Below, piece after piece: positions 11,012 to 22,238 of a stretch of DNA of 64,000 bases. Each line of letters starts with the position of its first letter. Position 1 is the first letter of the stretch. The DNA is taken from the sequence record OR805292.1; one strand, given 5' to 3'. The notes beneath the pieces were generated by a model. That model had not been told where the DNA came from. It ran no database searches and was given only the letters and a program-made list of their open reading frames with translations. A program made the translations under genes and the position numbers.

Positions 11012-12097
11012 ATGAATATTAATATATGGTATACTAACGTAGAACTACAAACAAAAACAAAGAAACAAGTACAGATTTGGCCTAAAAAAATTACTAGTCC
11101 CGAACCTTCCTACAGTTTTACCAATTGTGTAAGAAATGTACAAAACGTATTTGACGAAATACATATTTTAAAGGATATATCTACTAGACACGGAAGTGCG
11201 AAAGTAATGCAAGCAGCAATATATATAAAAGAGATAGATATGTATGGCAGATTTGATCTGAGGGCAGAATCTCTTGTAGAACTTTTACATACAAAAAACA
11301 TTTCTGTTTCGGAAGGTGTAATTAAAGGTAAGTTTTCATTTGATTTTAGTTCTAGTAGTTATAGAATTATTCCGGCAGATAATGTAATTTCTGCCAGTGC
11401 AAAGAAAACTGCAAAAGAACTAATTCCATTTAGGGCATATAAAGATAAAGTAGGAAATTCCGTTATATACCTGGGGAAGGCATCAACTGAATGTGGCAAA
11501 CAATTATTTTTGACAATCGACTTGCCTAATCATCAAGAAGAAAAAGGTCTAGCAAAAATGGCAGTAGATCTTGTAGGCGGAAGATATGCATGGTATATAA
11601 ATTCTGATCATAATGTGTATAAGAACGAATTTGAAAAATTAAAATCATATGACGAAGACATGTACAATGTTATACTAAAATTAAAACAATTAGATGTAGG
11701 TGATCTATCGAGTATATATGAAAAGTATTTCTTAAAGGCGTATTATTATTGCACAAAAGAAGGACATCGTGTATTTGACCGCAGATTTGATGTAGCAACC
11801 GGGCGGACGCTGGGCACCGGAAGTTATCTATACGGACTGCAATATACAGTAGGTGTTCCTTCGTTGTATCAAGAGATTGACGATATTAGTGAAATGTTTG
11901 TCAGTAACGGAATTCCTGGAACATATGTAGCTATTCCCAAGAAATGGCTATCTTACAAATATATCAGTGCTAGCAACGCATTACCCTTATACGTAGACTT
12001 TAAAAATAAAATCGTCCGTAACACAACTGTAACTGATGAAATTAACCCGTATGAATATGATGATAGTTTTATAAATGAAGTATTAAATCATATATAA
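11012..12097 (+). CDS. Hypothetical protein (361 aa)
   Basis: Long ORF preceded by an extended -10 (TGCTATAAT at 10972-10980). Confidence 0.8.
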   Translation: MNINIWYTNVELQTKTKKQVQIWPKKITSPEPSYSFTNCVRNVQNVFDEIHILKDISTRHGSAKVMQAAIYIKEIDMYGRFDLRAESLVELLHTKNISVSEGVIKGKFSFDFSSSSYRIIPADNVISASAKKTAKELIPFRAYKDKVGNSVIYLGKASTECGKQLFLTIDLPNHQEEKGLAKMAVDLVGGRYAWYINSDHNVYKNEFEKLKSYDEDMYNVILKLKQLDVGDLSSIYEKYFLKAYYYCTKEGHRVFDRRFDVATGRTLGTGSYLYGLQYTVGVPSLYQEIDDISEMFVSNGIPGTYVAIPKKWLSYKYISASNALPLYVDFKNKIVRNTTVTDEINPYEYDDSFINEVLNHI

Positions 12098-13189
12098 TTT
12101 ACTAGACTATATATGGTATTCTTTTGTATGATATACAACGACAGTTGGGAATTTAAATGCTTTTTACAGTTGCTGCAAAGCATGCAAAATAACGCATACG
12201 TAAACAGCACAAAACACGCGCATAATGCGTTGTTTGTGTGCTTTGTGTATACTGCACTACTATGCAAACTAGCATGCAAAATAACGCATTTTTGCAGCTA
12301 TAACGCTAGGGGTACGTATTCTTACAAATATAATAATTCGCTAGAATAATGTATATTTTTAAATTCTAAATTTAACCTATCTTATAATATACATTACGGA
12401 AATGTTACAATTAAAAATTTATTATCTCAGACTTTATGCACATTCAATCTTATAATACTATATTAAATACAAGTAAAAATATATTTATTGATTTGCAAGT
12501 AACATTTAACAAACGGAGTATATTTTAATGGTCTCTGTTAATATACCGTTAATTGTATCTAATAAAATATATAAAATGGAATTTGAATATAGCAAGGATG
12601 ATGTGTTATATTTGTGTATGTATAGTGACAATAATACATATCTACATAATATAATAGTCAATACAGAATTCTCTATGCTTTTTGTTCAATGTATGGGTAA
12701 AACTATACCACTAGAATCAATATTATATATCCAGTCAAATATAAAAACAATAAGTGTGACTGATGACTATGGCTGTATAATCCTACAAAACGATACATTT
12801 TGTTTATGTACTGGATATTTTCAGGAAAAAGTTAAATTTTTTGCAGATTAAATATGAATGAACAAATTATATTATGTTTCCAAGCATGCGTTAATAAATT
12901 TGCCTACTTAGGAAACCCAAAAATAAGATTATTTGGAATCGGTAAAAGTGTCAAGATATCTGCACGGAATTATAACAATATGGATATAGGTTCGTTTAGC
13001 AGTAATTTGAAATTTTTATTATATATCGATAGTATCCAAGATATTGGAATATATGATGAAAATTTTATATTTTATATATCAATAAATTCAGACGAAATAT
13101 CATTTTTGGGTTCTACAGGTACAGCACAAGTAGATACTGAACTTGGAATTACTATATTCTTTACCCGCCCTAAAACATAATCTTAAATT

Positions 13190-13447
13190 ATGATATTCAT
13201 TGCACAGCGACTGTTACATAAAATAACATATAATAAAAATGCAATACTGTTCGGTTGTTTTAACAGTGGATATTTTTTAATTAATAGAAGAAGTGGTATT
13301 GGATTCTTATTTACAGATATATGTATGAAACGAATAAAATGCATTTATTTCATATTATATATTTCGCGTAATACCAATACTATAGGCAAAGATGCAATCT
13401 ATATTAAAGATTTAGAACTATTAAGAGCAATGCACATACTTCGATGA
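13190..13447 (+). CDS. LQ two-repeat family member
   Basis: IFIAQRLLHKI ... ILYISRNTNTI. Confidence 0.55.
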   Translation: MIFIAQRLLHKITYNKNAILFGCFNSGYFLINRRSGIGFLFTDICMKRIKCIYFILYISRNTNTIGKDAIYIKDLELLRAMHILR

Positions 13448-13752
13448 ATATAAATTTAATACTGATACTTCAACGATGTACGTCTGTAATAGGAGGATTC
13501 CAACGCGGCGGCGCAACACTTATTCATATTTATAGTGATTTTAATTTATCTGCTATAATGACGTTATACAAAAGAAGATGCAAATGCATTGTATTTACTG
13601 ACATTTTGTTTAACGACATTAAAGACGGTTCTATAGATATCATTATCTATATAAGTAAGAATGCAAACCTAATACACGATAAATTTGCCTACATAGACAC
13701 ATCTGTTACAGATGAATCTTCTGTTCCTTTACACGATATGACAGGAATATGA
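13444..13752 (+). CDS. LQ two-repeat family member
   Basis: LILILQRCTSVI ... IIYISKNANLI. Confidence 0.6.
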   Translation: MNINLILILQRCTSVIGGFQRGGATLIHIYSDFNLSAIMTLYKRRCKCIVFTDILFNDIKDGSIDIIIYISKNANLIHDKFAYIDTSVTDESSVPLHDMTGI

Positions 13753-14234
13753 ATAATCCTATATATAATTTTATACTTGCAAGACGAATATGCAAACGGT
13801 ATAGAATAAAATTCAATCCATTTGTAAAATTAGATACAGGAAGTTTACAAATAGATAACGCAGATAAAATAACAGTTAGCGTAAATGTATTTAATAGTAA
13901 TTTTATACCTATATTTTGGCACGAAATAGGGCATTATATTCATCATACATTAGTTAATTATAAAATTTATTTAGATTACTATACTCCTATTTGTCCTACA
14001 CACGGGTATCTTTTATATAATAAGACACAAGATTTTTATAAATGTCTTTATTCTGAAATGTTTGCTAGTAGATTTGCACTAAAGGTGTGCGGAGCAAAAC
14101 ATAAGAAATACCTCATAAAATGTTTTCACACATACACTTCTGCTGCATTTAAAACCAACATCGCCAGCCAATCTAAATTTACAAGATTTGTAGATTTTGT
14201 AGAAAAACTTTCTAGAAAATTAGATAGATATTAA
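13749..14234 (+). CDS. HExxH metallopeptidase-like protein (ImmA/IrrE-like)
   Basis: FWHEIGHYIH followed by a downstream E (SEMFASRFA). Confidence 0.55.
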   Translation: MNNPIYNFILARRICKRYRIKFNPFVKLDTGSLQIDNADKITVSVNVFNSNFIPIFWHEIGHYIHHTLVNYKIYLDYYTPICPTHGYLLYNKTQDFYKCLYSEMFASRFALKVCGAKHKKYLIKCFHTYTSAAFKTNIASQSKFTRFVDFVEKLSRKLDRY

Positions 14235-14570
14235 TATATGAACACTTATGATTATATAAGACAGAATAACGACAAAATAGTTACATTTGAAACTATATTA
14301 CATATAAGCAGTAGAAGTAGAGTAATAAGACTGCATTACAATTTTAGTTATATTTTACAACGAATGTCTCTAATTCTACCAGATAAACGTGGGAACCTGG
14401 TAATTAAATACTTTTATTACCGAAGTGTATGAAATATATTTCGTGTATATTATATAACTTTCTGTTCACTACTTATATAAAAGTACATTCCAAAAATATT
14501 GTAAATATAGTATAGTTTTCATATAAAAGTATGCGTATAATTTGCACATATAACGCAATAACGCAGCAAC

Positions 14571-14704
14571 AAACAAAACGTAATAAAAAATGTTGCAATA
14601 GCTTAAAAGTTTTAGTATAATAAGCACATAACAACGCAATACAGTTTACAAACAAAACGTAATAAAAAATGTTGCAATAGCTTAAAAGTTTTAGTATAAT
14701 AAGC
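14571..14704 (+). promoter_or_regulatory. Tandem duplicated sigma70 promoters driving the tRNA cluster
   Basis: Two identical ~55-bp units, period 79, each with TTGCAA-17-TATAAT (14593-14621 and 14672-14700). Confidence 0.9.
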
Positions 14705-14735
14705 GTATAATGCAGCATAGATAACAAGTTAAAAC

Positions 14736-14812
14736 CCCTCGGTAGCTCAGTTGGTTAGAGCGCGCGACTCATAATCGCTAGGTCACTGGTTCGAATCCAG
14801 TTCGAGGGACCA
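14736..14812 (+). tRNA. tRNA-CAT, Ile2 (lysidine) type, copy 1
   Basis: Full cloverleaf, GCGA-CTCATAA-TCGC arm typical of Ile2, acceptor CCCTCGG/TCGAGGG, encoded CCA. Confidence 0.88.
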
Positions 14813-14834
14813 ATTTTAAGATGTTGTGCTTTTA

Positions 14835-14919
14835 GCCCGAGTGGTGAAATTGGTAGACACAGGAGACTTAAAATCTCCCGCTTCGCAGCGTACCGGTTCG
14901 AGTCCGGTCTCGGGTACCA
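14835..14919 (+). tRNA. tRNA-Leu(TAA), copy 1
   Basis: GGAGA-CTTAAAA-TCTCC arm, long variable arm, CCA. Confidence 0.96.
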
Positions 14920-14969
14920 AACAAAAGATATAAATACTTAACAAGATAGGAAACTATTCTAAAATTAAA

Positions 14970-15045
14970 TGGCTAGTAGCTCAGTTGGTAGAGCAAATGA
15001 CTGTTAATCATTGGGTCGTAGGTTCGAGTCCTACCTAGCCAGCCA
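14970..15045 (+). tRNA. tRNA-Asn(GTT)
   Basis: AATGA-CTGTTAA-TCATT arm, CCA. Confidence 0.96.
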
Positions 15046-15071
15046 ATTACACTTTGTTGTATATTCAATAT

Positions 15072-15147
<76 letters not shown>

Positions 15148-15216
15148 ATTTTAAATAACAGTTGTATCTAAAGAGATACAATAGTCTAAATAAAATATTC
15201 ATATAATGTTTCAAAC

Positions 15217-15293
15217 GGGACTTTAGCTCAGTTGGTTAGAGCGCGCGACTCATAATCGCTAGGTCACTGGTTCGAATCCAGTAAGTCCCACCA
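15217..15293 (+). tRNA. tRNA-CAT, Ile2 (lysidine) type, copy 2
   Basis: 59-nt core identical to copy 1; acceptor GGGACTT/AAGTCCC, CCA. Confidence 0.88.
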
Positions 15294-15343
15294 ATTTTTA
15301 TATACAAATCAAACTATACTTAAACTATATAATGAATGAATAT

Positions 15344-15428
15344 GCCCGGTTGGTGAAATCGGTAGACACAGGAGACTTAAAATCTCCCGACGAAAGTCGT
15401 GCCAGTTCGAGTCTGGCACCGGGCACCA
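15344..15428 (+). tRNA. tRNA-Leu(TAA), copy 2
   Basis: Same anticodon arm as copy 1; acceptor, variable and T arms diverged with pairing retained; CCA. Confidence 0.96.
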
Positions 15429-16307
15429 AACTCCTACAAAAGGAACATATTATAGTATGTTCCTTTTTTATTATGATATTTTTATTATGAATGAAATAAT
15501 GCATATATCTGCCAACACATACGTAATAGAATATCGCGTATTAAACAAGTTAGTAGTCACTATAAAAAATAATAGATCTTTTACATTATGGGTACATTTT
15601 GATATCGGTACATTTTCTATGGCATGGAAATACAATGCAATATAGAATTAAAAAATGAAATACATTATTAATTTACAATACTCAACAGAAGTAATATATA
15701 TGCCGTGTTTCAACATAATATCGTTATGCGATAATAGATCTGTTACTATCCTTTCTATTACTATGATATTTAAGATAAGATACTATTTGCATCCGATGTT
15801 CCGTTATATTCTATAATACATAATATTTTTATTGTAACAAATACCAGAAGTGCTTAGATAATATATAGCAATTCTGTTTATTATCGATATTGCGGTATAC
15901 TTAGTATTTCTTATTAACCGTATTACATAGAATAAAGAATGGAAAAAATTTTAACTATTTCACATAAAACATTAATATGTGAATTGTCGTTATTAAAATT
16001 GTCGAAATCCATAGTTTGTGTTTATTCTGGCGAAATAGTATGGTATGCTCGGCTAGATAAGAATTGTTATGTTGTACGGATAAGATGATGATAATAATGA
16101 ACTGTATTTTTTCCTATTCGTACTATTTAGAACGCATCGTATGTCATGCAAAAATCTACAAAGGGTTTGTAGTCAGTAAAAATACTTTTTGTGAGAAATC
16201 CGTAATAGCTTTATACTTAATAAATAGTGGTAGTTATTTTCATAAATGTTATGTCGATCATTACTTAATTGTATAGATATATATATATATATATTTTAAT
16301 AAAATAG

Positions 16308-16336
16308 TTGACCGAACAAACAAAACAGTATATAAT
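16308..16336 (+). promoter_or_regulatory. sigma70-type promoter for tRNA-Arg
   Basis: TTGACC-17-TATAAT. Confidence 0.8.
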
Positions 16337-16387
16337 GTTACGCATATAAAGCATTATTACAAAGCTATTATTAGTTGTACAAGATAT

Positions 16388-16464
16388 GCGCTCGTAGCTC
16401 AGCTGGATAGAGCATCCGCCTTCTAAGCGGATGGTCGGGGGTTCGAATCCCTCCGGGCGCGCCA
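16388..16464 (+). tRNA. tRNA-Arg(TCT)
   Basis: TCCGC-CTTCTAA-GCGGA arm, CCA. Confidence 0.96.
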
Positions 16465-17003
16465 ATTTTAAAGAGTGTTGTGTTATGCAAACAATAAGAT
16501 TTGACATAAGACTTCTTCGTTATAGTATGAAACAAGGTTTCTGTTGTATAGGTAAAGATATATTTGAAGTGTGCAGAAAAACTCGGATCAGTCCAGGTCA
16601 GCTAAACTTACGAAAAAATTATATAGGACGAGTATTAATCGGAATTGATTCGAACTATAATCTGCACAATACCTGTTTAGTAGGCTGGACTCGGTATAAA
16701 AATATTATAGTATAAAAATTTATATTAATAATATGAATAGATGCAAAGAACATCTACAATACAGAACAATCAAAAAGCATACATCGACTTGTAGGAAATG
16801 CAAAGAGTTATCGTTACAAATAAAATTATTTTGGCTTCAACAACAAGCATTCAGTATTAGAACTGATACTAGCGGAATATACATATTCGATATTAAATAT
16901 AATTCTATTTACTTATACTCTGTAGCTTGGTATAATACAGAATTATACGGTAAAGGGAAAATAATTTTAGAATAAACATGTATATATAAGAGTACCTCAA
17001 ATA

Positions 17004-17336
17004 ATGAATAATTATTCTAATGATACAGATGTTCTAAAATGGATAAAGCGTAACAATAGAAAAAATGCACGTCTAATTTCATATATAGACGGAATATATA
17101 ATATTGTTTATTTCGATGCCGGAAAAGCAAGAGTTGGCATAGTAAAAGACAATATGCACTGTAGATACGGAATACATAGTCGTGGATCTATGTATTCGAA
17201 AGATATAATGAGCCTGTGGCAATCTAGTACAGGTTCGTGTTCGCCTGATGATGTAAAGATTATGCAAGATTATCTAGACGATAAATGCATACTTCCGGAA
17301 TTTGATTTTTCTCAGATTAAAAATTTAAAATGGTAA
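17004..17336 (+). CDS. Hypothetical protein within the tRNA cluster
   Basis: 110-aa ORF with protein-like composition directly upstream of a tRNA trio. Confidence 0.7.
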   Translation: MNNYSNDTDVLKWIKRNNRKNARLISYIDGIYNIVYFDAGKARVGIVKDNMHCRYGIHSRGSMYSKDIMSLWQSSTGSCSPDDVKIMQDYLDDKCILPEFDFSQIKNLKW

Positions 17337-17359
17337 ATAATATAACAATATAGTTTTAT

Positions 17360-17436
17360 CGCAGGGTATGCAAGAGGTCTAAGCAGAAAGGCTCATAACC
17401 TTTTTATCGTGGGTTCGAATCCCACCCCTGCAACCA
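17360..17436 (+). tRNA. tRNA-Met(CAT), initiator-like
   Basis: C1:A72 mismatch, CGCAGGG/CCCTGCA acceptor, AAAGG-CTCATAA-CCTTT arm, CCA. Confidence 0.82.
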
Positions 17437-17445
17437 GTTTTATAT

Positions 17446-17522
17446 CTAGGCATAGCTCAAGTAGGTAGAGCACTTGCTTTGGGAGCAAGAGGTTGGGGAT
17501 TCGAGGTCTCCTGCCTAGACCA
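17446..17522 (+). tRNA. tRNA-Pro(TGG)
   Basis: CTTGC-TTTGGGA-GCAAG arm, CCA. Confidence 0.93.
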
Positions 17523-17531
17523 ATTTACTAT

Positions 17532-17604
17532 GCAGTCCTAGCTCAATTGGTAGAGCACTGTCCTTCCAAGTCAGATGTTACGGGTTCGAGTCCCGTGGGC
17601 TGCT
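17532..17604 (+). tRNA. tRNA-Gly(TCC), no encoded CCA
   Basis: CTTCCAA loop, T:T mismatch in anticodon stem, ends T-CAA rather than T-CCA. Confidence 0.85.
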
Positions 17605-18349
17605 CAATATTCTAATATAATTGATTGGTATATCTAATCGATGATTCATGTAGTGGATAAATATGGAAGTATAGTTATACCATCTAATATAACGGTGCTG
17701 GAAATACAGGCATACACAACAGAGTTATTGTATGTAAGAAAATCTCATTGTTTATGTTTATACATTCCTAATATAGGAAATTATGCTTTATGGTTTTTAG
17801 ACAGATAGGATAAAAATATAAATTGTTCTGTTTAAGGAACCAACATTAAATGGCAGGTTGCATATTTAGGCTCGATTTGTCTATTTTTCGTGAAAATGTA
17901 TATAGTATTTCTAGGTTGTCTTATACAAAATCTATATGTGTTTCAATAAAAACTAAACCGACAAGCAATAGAAGACAATTAGAAATATATGTTGTAGATA
18001 AAACAACTGATTTTTTAATTGCATGCAAATATTTTTAGCTTATCTATTATTTTATAAATTGACTTACCTTTAAATAACCATTATATATCTGTTATAATAA
18101 CTATTCTAAATAGAAATAAAACCATAAATACACATAATAACGGTGTGGATTTATGGAAAACATATTTAGGATATCTATTAATGCTAACGAAGGTATTATA
18201 CGAATATCCCCTACTTACTTTTTTAATGGTGTTTTTTATTCAAAGCATTTGAATATTTTTATAATAGATCCCGACGGATATTTAATAAGAAAAATATATA
18301 CTTGTAGTACATTCTTATGATGATTTCTTTTAAATATACAAAATAGCAT

Positions 18350-18378
18350 TTGACACAAGTATAATTATTTCGTATAAT
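18350..18378 (+). promoter_or_regulatory. Consensus sigma70 promoter
   Basis: TTGACA-17-TATAAT upstream of ORF 18410-18769 and two tRNA-Ser genes. Confidence 0.9.
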
Positions 18379-18409
18379 AAGTGTATAAAATAACAAAAGA
18401 GAATTTTAA

Positions 18410-18769
18410 ATGATTTCCAAAATTCAAATTGTATACGGAATATATCTTCCTACTGCCGATGCAAAAATTATATACGAAGACTTGGAATACGAATCTAATA
18501 AAATAAATAAAAATATTAGATTATTTGCAAATGATGCATATTTAGAAGATAAGATTTTAGAAAATAAGGAATTCGAAGATAATCCCTATGTTCCGCACTT
18601 TTATGGTATCTTTTGTAAAGAATTCGATAATGACCAAAGTGCATACTTATATAATGTTCCTAAATCTTTTATAGATGAATATAATAATGTAGCTCCAGCT
18701 ATTTTAGCTAGACTTGGTTATTTAGATAGAGTTGCAGGAAAACAACATTGTAGAATAATTTACGAATAG
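18410..18769 (+). CDS. Hypothetical protein
   Basis: ORF directly behind the consensus promoter. Confidence 0.75.
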   Translation: MISKIQIVYGIYLPTADAKIIYEDLEYESNKINKNIRLFANDAYLEDKILENKEFEDNPYVPHFYGIFCKEFDNDQSAYLYNVPKSFIDEYNNVAPAILARLGYLDRVAGKQHCRIIYE

Positions 18770-18783
18770 AATTAACTAGTTTT

Positions 18784-18873
18784 GGAGAGGTGATAGAGTC
18801 TGGTTTATTATACTAGTCTTGAAAACTAGCGGATCGAAAGGTCCCGTGGGTTCGAATCCCACCCTCTCCGCCA
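18784..18873 (+). tRNA. tRNA-Ser(TGA)
   Basis: CTAGT-CTTGAAA-ACTAG arm, long variable arm, CCA. Confidence 0.96.
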
Positions 18874-18878
18874 AATAT

Positions 18879-18968
18879 AGATACTTGACCGAGTGGCTTA
18901 AGGTGCTTCCCTGCTAAGGAAGTGAGTTTGAAAAAGCTCCGTAGGTTCGAATCCTACAGTATCTGCCA
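18879..18968 (+). tRNA. tRNA-Ser(GCT)
   Basis: CTTCC-CTGCTAA-GGAAG arm, long variable arm, CCA. Confidence 0.96.
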
Positions 18969-18972
18969 ACAC

Positions 18973-18999
18973 AAAAGCGGAACAATTGTTCCGCTTTTT
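18973..18999 (+). terminator. Terminator after the tRNA-Ser pair
   Basis: AAAAGCGGAAC-aatt-GTTCCGCTTTT. Confidence 0.88.
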
Positions 19000-20522
19000 A
19001 TTAACCTAATAAATGTTATTTTATAATGTTACTCATTATAAAACATATCTTATAATACTAGTTTTGAAATTTCTAAAATAATTTGTAATAATATTAGTTT
19101 AGGTATTATATAGAAAAAGATTACTAGACAAAGTATTATTGCAGATGTCAAATGCAATCAACTATTATTATCTAATTTAGCAAAATCAGAAAATACTCAT
19201 TTAAATCAGTATAGTATTACATTCTGGTATTTTCCATTAAAACAATAAATTTACAATTTTATTAATACACAGAGTATAGTATATTAAATATAAATCACAC
19301 GAGGTCACAGTTATGAACAAACATTTCGATATAATTGCCGAACTCGAATATCCTACTTATACTGTACAAGTAAGGAAATATCGCGACGATGGTAGATATG
19401 AGGTTGGCCAACAACCTAACGAGGGCGAGTATGTTGCACGCCACGAAAATTGCACTGCCGATGACGCCATCCGCGTACTATCTCACTACTGCACAGCAGC
19501 CCTTTATAAAATAAAGAAACAATACTAATTAAATGAGAATATTTGTTATGTGTACAGATGCCGGTCCTTCGCCGGCATTTTGGCAAGAACCAAACTGTGG
19601 AATAACCTATGACACTAAAGATGCGTATGGCGATTTCAGTGTTAATGACATATTCAAAGTATTAGTAAAAAAAGTAAACATAGTGTTATGTGCGAATGTA
19701 TCCAACTACGAGATATTAAGCTATTCTAGGTTCTTAAAATCATGCACATAACTAAACTATGTAAACTATGTTCCATGTATCAATATCTCGAAATCATCAT
19801 GGAAAATCTGCAGGACAAAACATCATCGATTATAATTAGATTCGAAGTACCGACAGAGTATGGTAATATTTCATCTTTCATATTTCATTTTAAAGTACAT
19901 AAGGAAACAACTAAAATAACTAATAATCTAAGTGATTATTCTAATAGAATAAATCATTTACATAACAGTTATATCAGATGGATTAATAACCCAAGAATGA
20001 AACTTTATAAATGATAAACATATTTAAAATACAGATGCACTTAGCACATATGATATATTATCATTTATCTATATATACTATAGATTCATCATCATCACCT
20101 ATAGTTTTTATTAATTTAAATAATCCTAAACCCATATGGAACAGTCATTATGAAATTAAAGAGTATAATGAATGAACTTTGAGTATGTATTTAAATTAAT
20201 CAATCTACTAAAAGTTTCTAGTTCGATAGAACGTATTTCGTTATCTAAATTTTATAACGACTACGGCGTATATATAGAATACAAAAATAATAAAAAACTG
20301 CATCGCTTGTTAGACCATAATATTACTAGCCCAATCAACATCATAGAAGAAGAATTAGAACGCATAATTAGAATTTCTGCATCTAATGTGAAAATATCAC
20401 CAGTGTACAATCGTGCTACCCAGGCAGAAATATTAAATATGTGGATAAATTATACATTAATTTGGCGAAGAACATTTTATTCCAGTGCATATACAATGCA
20501 ACCGTATTTGAAGGTAAAGTAA

Positions 20523-20702
20523 ATGACAATAGACGAATTTCTAGAACAATTAGATTGTGCATGTACTGACGGCAATTGTATATTTCGCCCATCGAATCGG
20601 AAAGGAATGGTAACTAACGGCGGTTGTAAGTGTCTGTCAGACAGAAATAAACACACTAATGTACTGAGGTATATTAATTTCTTAAAATCTAAAATAAAAT
20701 GA
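20523..20702 (+). CDS. Small Cys-rich protein (59 aa), below the track cutoff
   Basis: Translated by hand: MTIDEFLEQLDCACTDGNCIFRPSNRKGMVTNGGCKCLSDR...; fills the gap between two chained ORFs. Confidence 0.7.
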   Translation: MTIDEFLEQLDCACTDGNCIFRPSNRKGMVTNGGCKCLSDRNKHTNVLRYINFLKSKIK

Positions 20703-20913
20703 TAGATTACATCTTTAAATTGAGTTCCTATTGTTTAATTTTTATAGATTCATCACGCCATTATGGTGTACACTACGATCTGGCAGAATATTTTTCAGAC
20801 GGTTCTATATGGTATAAATGGTCTTACGAGACTACTTCGCACAACGATACTCAGTATAATAAAGGAAAATACACAAAAAGTTTTATATACTTAATGGAAG
20901 GAAAATATTCAGC

Positions 20914-21432
20914 ATGAAAGGGTATGATTTAATTAAAGAATATTATGGTACCCGGGTTGCTAAACGTTCCGGGATTCCGTTAATGAACCATATAGATGAA
21001 GGTCTAAAAATTTTAGATACAATAAATTCTTCATACGAAGTAAAAGAAGCATTTTGTTTACATCCTTTGCTTCAAAATAACGAAGAATTTGAAAATAACT
21101 ATGATTTAGTAGTAAGCACCGGCGGTCTGGTAACAAAAAGTATTCTTCTTGCAATGGAATATAGACATAAAGCAAATACATATTTGTGTAAAAAAGAAAC
21201 AGATCATTGGACAGTTGAATATGCATCTAAAAAAATAGGTCATATTATTCATCCTGTAAAAGAAATGCTAATAGCAGATAAGGTTCAAAATTTCAAAGAT
21301 TTTAAAATATATCATAAAGACACCCACAAAAGATCTCATCAGTTATCTAAATATTTTAAAAATTGGCTAACAATCTTAGAAATATCTGACGTCGACGCTA
21401 AAGATTTAGAACAAGTGTGTTATAAAGATTAA
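20914..21432 (+). CDS. Hypothetical protein, possible HD-like metal-dependent hydrolase
   Basis: NHIDEG, CLHP and LIADKVQN resemble the spaced H/D ligands of HD folds; not canonical. Confidence 0.45.
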   Translation: MKGYDLIKEYYGTRVAKRSGIPLMNHIDEGLKILDTINSSYEVKEAFCLHPLLQNNEEFENNYDLVVSTGGLVTKSILLAMEYRHKANTYLCKKETDHWTVEYASKKIGHIIHPVKEMLIADKVQNFKDFKIYHKDTHKRSHQLSKYFKNWLTILEISDVDAKDLEQVCYKD

Positions 21433-21493
21433 CACACATTAGATTTATAAATGCAATGCCACTAAATATCTTTAATTATGTAGGAGATATATT

Positions 21494-22132
21494 ATGTGGC
21501 AACAGCGTTGGGCATTAGTTGGAGACTCTATCCAGGCATGGGTATTAGAAAATAGTAATAGTGGTATTATTCCGAGGGCAGATAAACTCACTGCATCTAT
21601 GATACCGTTTAAAGTAAACGCATCTATACAGAACGTGTCTGTCCCGGGCATGCGTTTAGCAAAAGGAACTGATCCTAGTGATCCGTTTGATATTTCTTCA
21701 TTAAGCAAATTACATGGATTTTTCGGTTTAAACGGGGTTGTGTGTACATTAGGTACAAACGATTACGGAAGTCCATACGTAACTACAGTCGATTATTTTC
21801 ATGCTTTAACTGATTTTTTGAATGCAGCAATATCGTTAACCATACCTGTTGTAATTGTTTCGCCTATATGGCGACAAGATAAGGATACATCTGTATTAAA
21901 ATACGACGGAACGACTAATGTACTTGCAGATTTTCAAAATACAGCACAATGGGTTACTTCACTTGTTTCTGCTAATAATAGTAATGTCTATTTTATAGAT
22001 GGGAAACAAGCACCTGTTCAAAATGCAACATATTTTGGCGATGGATTGCATTTAAATGCTGCCGGACATGCTAAATTTTGCACATGGTTAGTAAATGAAA
22101 TGAAATCCAAAAATCTTTGGCAACAATATTAA
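21494..22132 (+). CDS. SGNH/GDSL hydrolase (esterase/deacetylase)
   Basis: Block I VGDSI, block III LGTND, block V DGLHLNAAGH; AGGAG SD; ACTAAATA at 21461. Confidence 0.9.
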   Translation: MWQQRWALVGDSIQAWVLENSNSGIIPRADKLTASMIPFKVNASIQNVSVPGMRLAKGTDPSDPFDISSLSKLHGFFGLNGVVCTLGTNDYGSPYVTTVDYFHALTDFLNAAISLTIPVVIVSPIWRQDKDTSVLKYDGTTNVLADFQNTAQWVTSLVSANNSNVYFIDGKQAPVQNATYFGDGLHLNAAGHAKFCTWLVNEMKSKNLWQQY

Positions 22133-22168
22133 TAAAACATTGCCCGCTAATGCGGGCAATGTTTTATT
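22131..22168 (+). terminator. Intrinsic terminator
   Basis: AATAAAACATTGCCCGC-taat-GCGGGCAATGTTTTATT. Confidence 0.88.
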
Positions 22169-22238
22169 GTATTTTTATTTTTCTTATGCTATTATACAAA
22201 TAATAAATAATGGACGTTTAATAACAAGGAAATGTTTT

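Noticed and set aside
16265-16507. Minus ORF 16265-16507 and the 5' extension of 16431-16715
   Set aside because: Both overlap tRNA-Arg; the translation RPEGFEPPT is the typical antisense-tRNA artefact.
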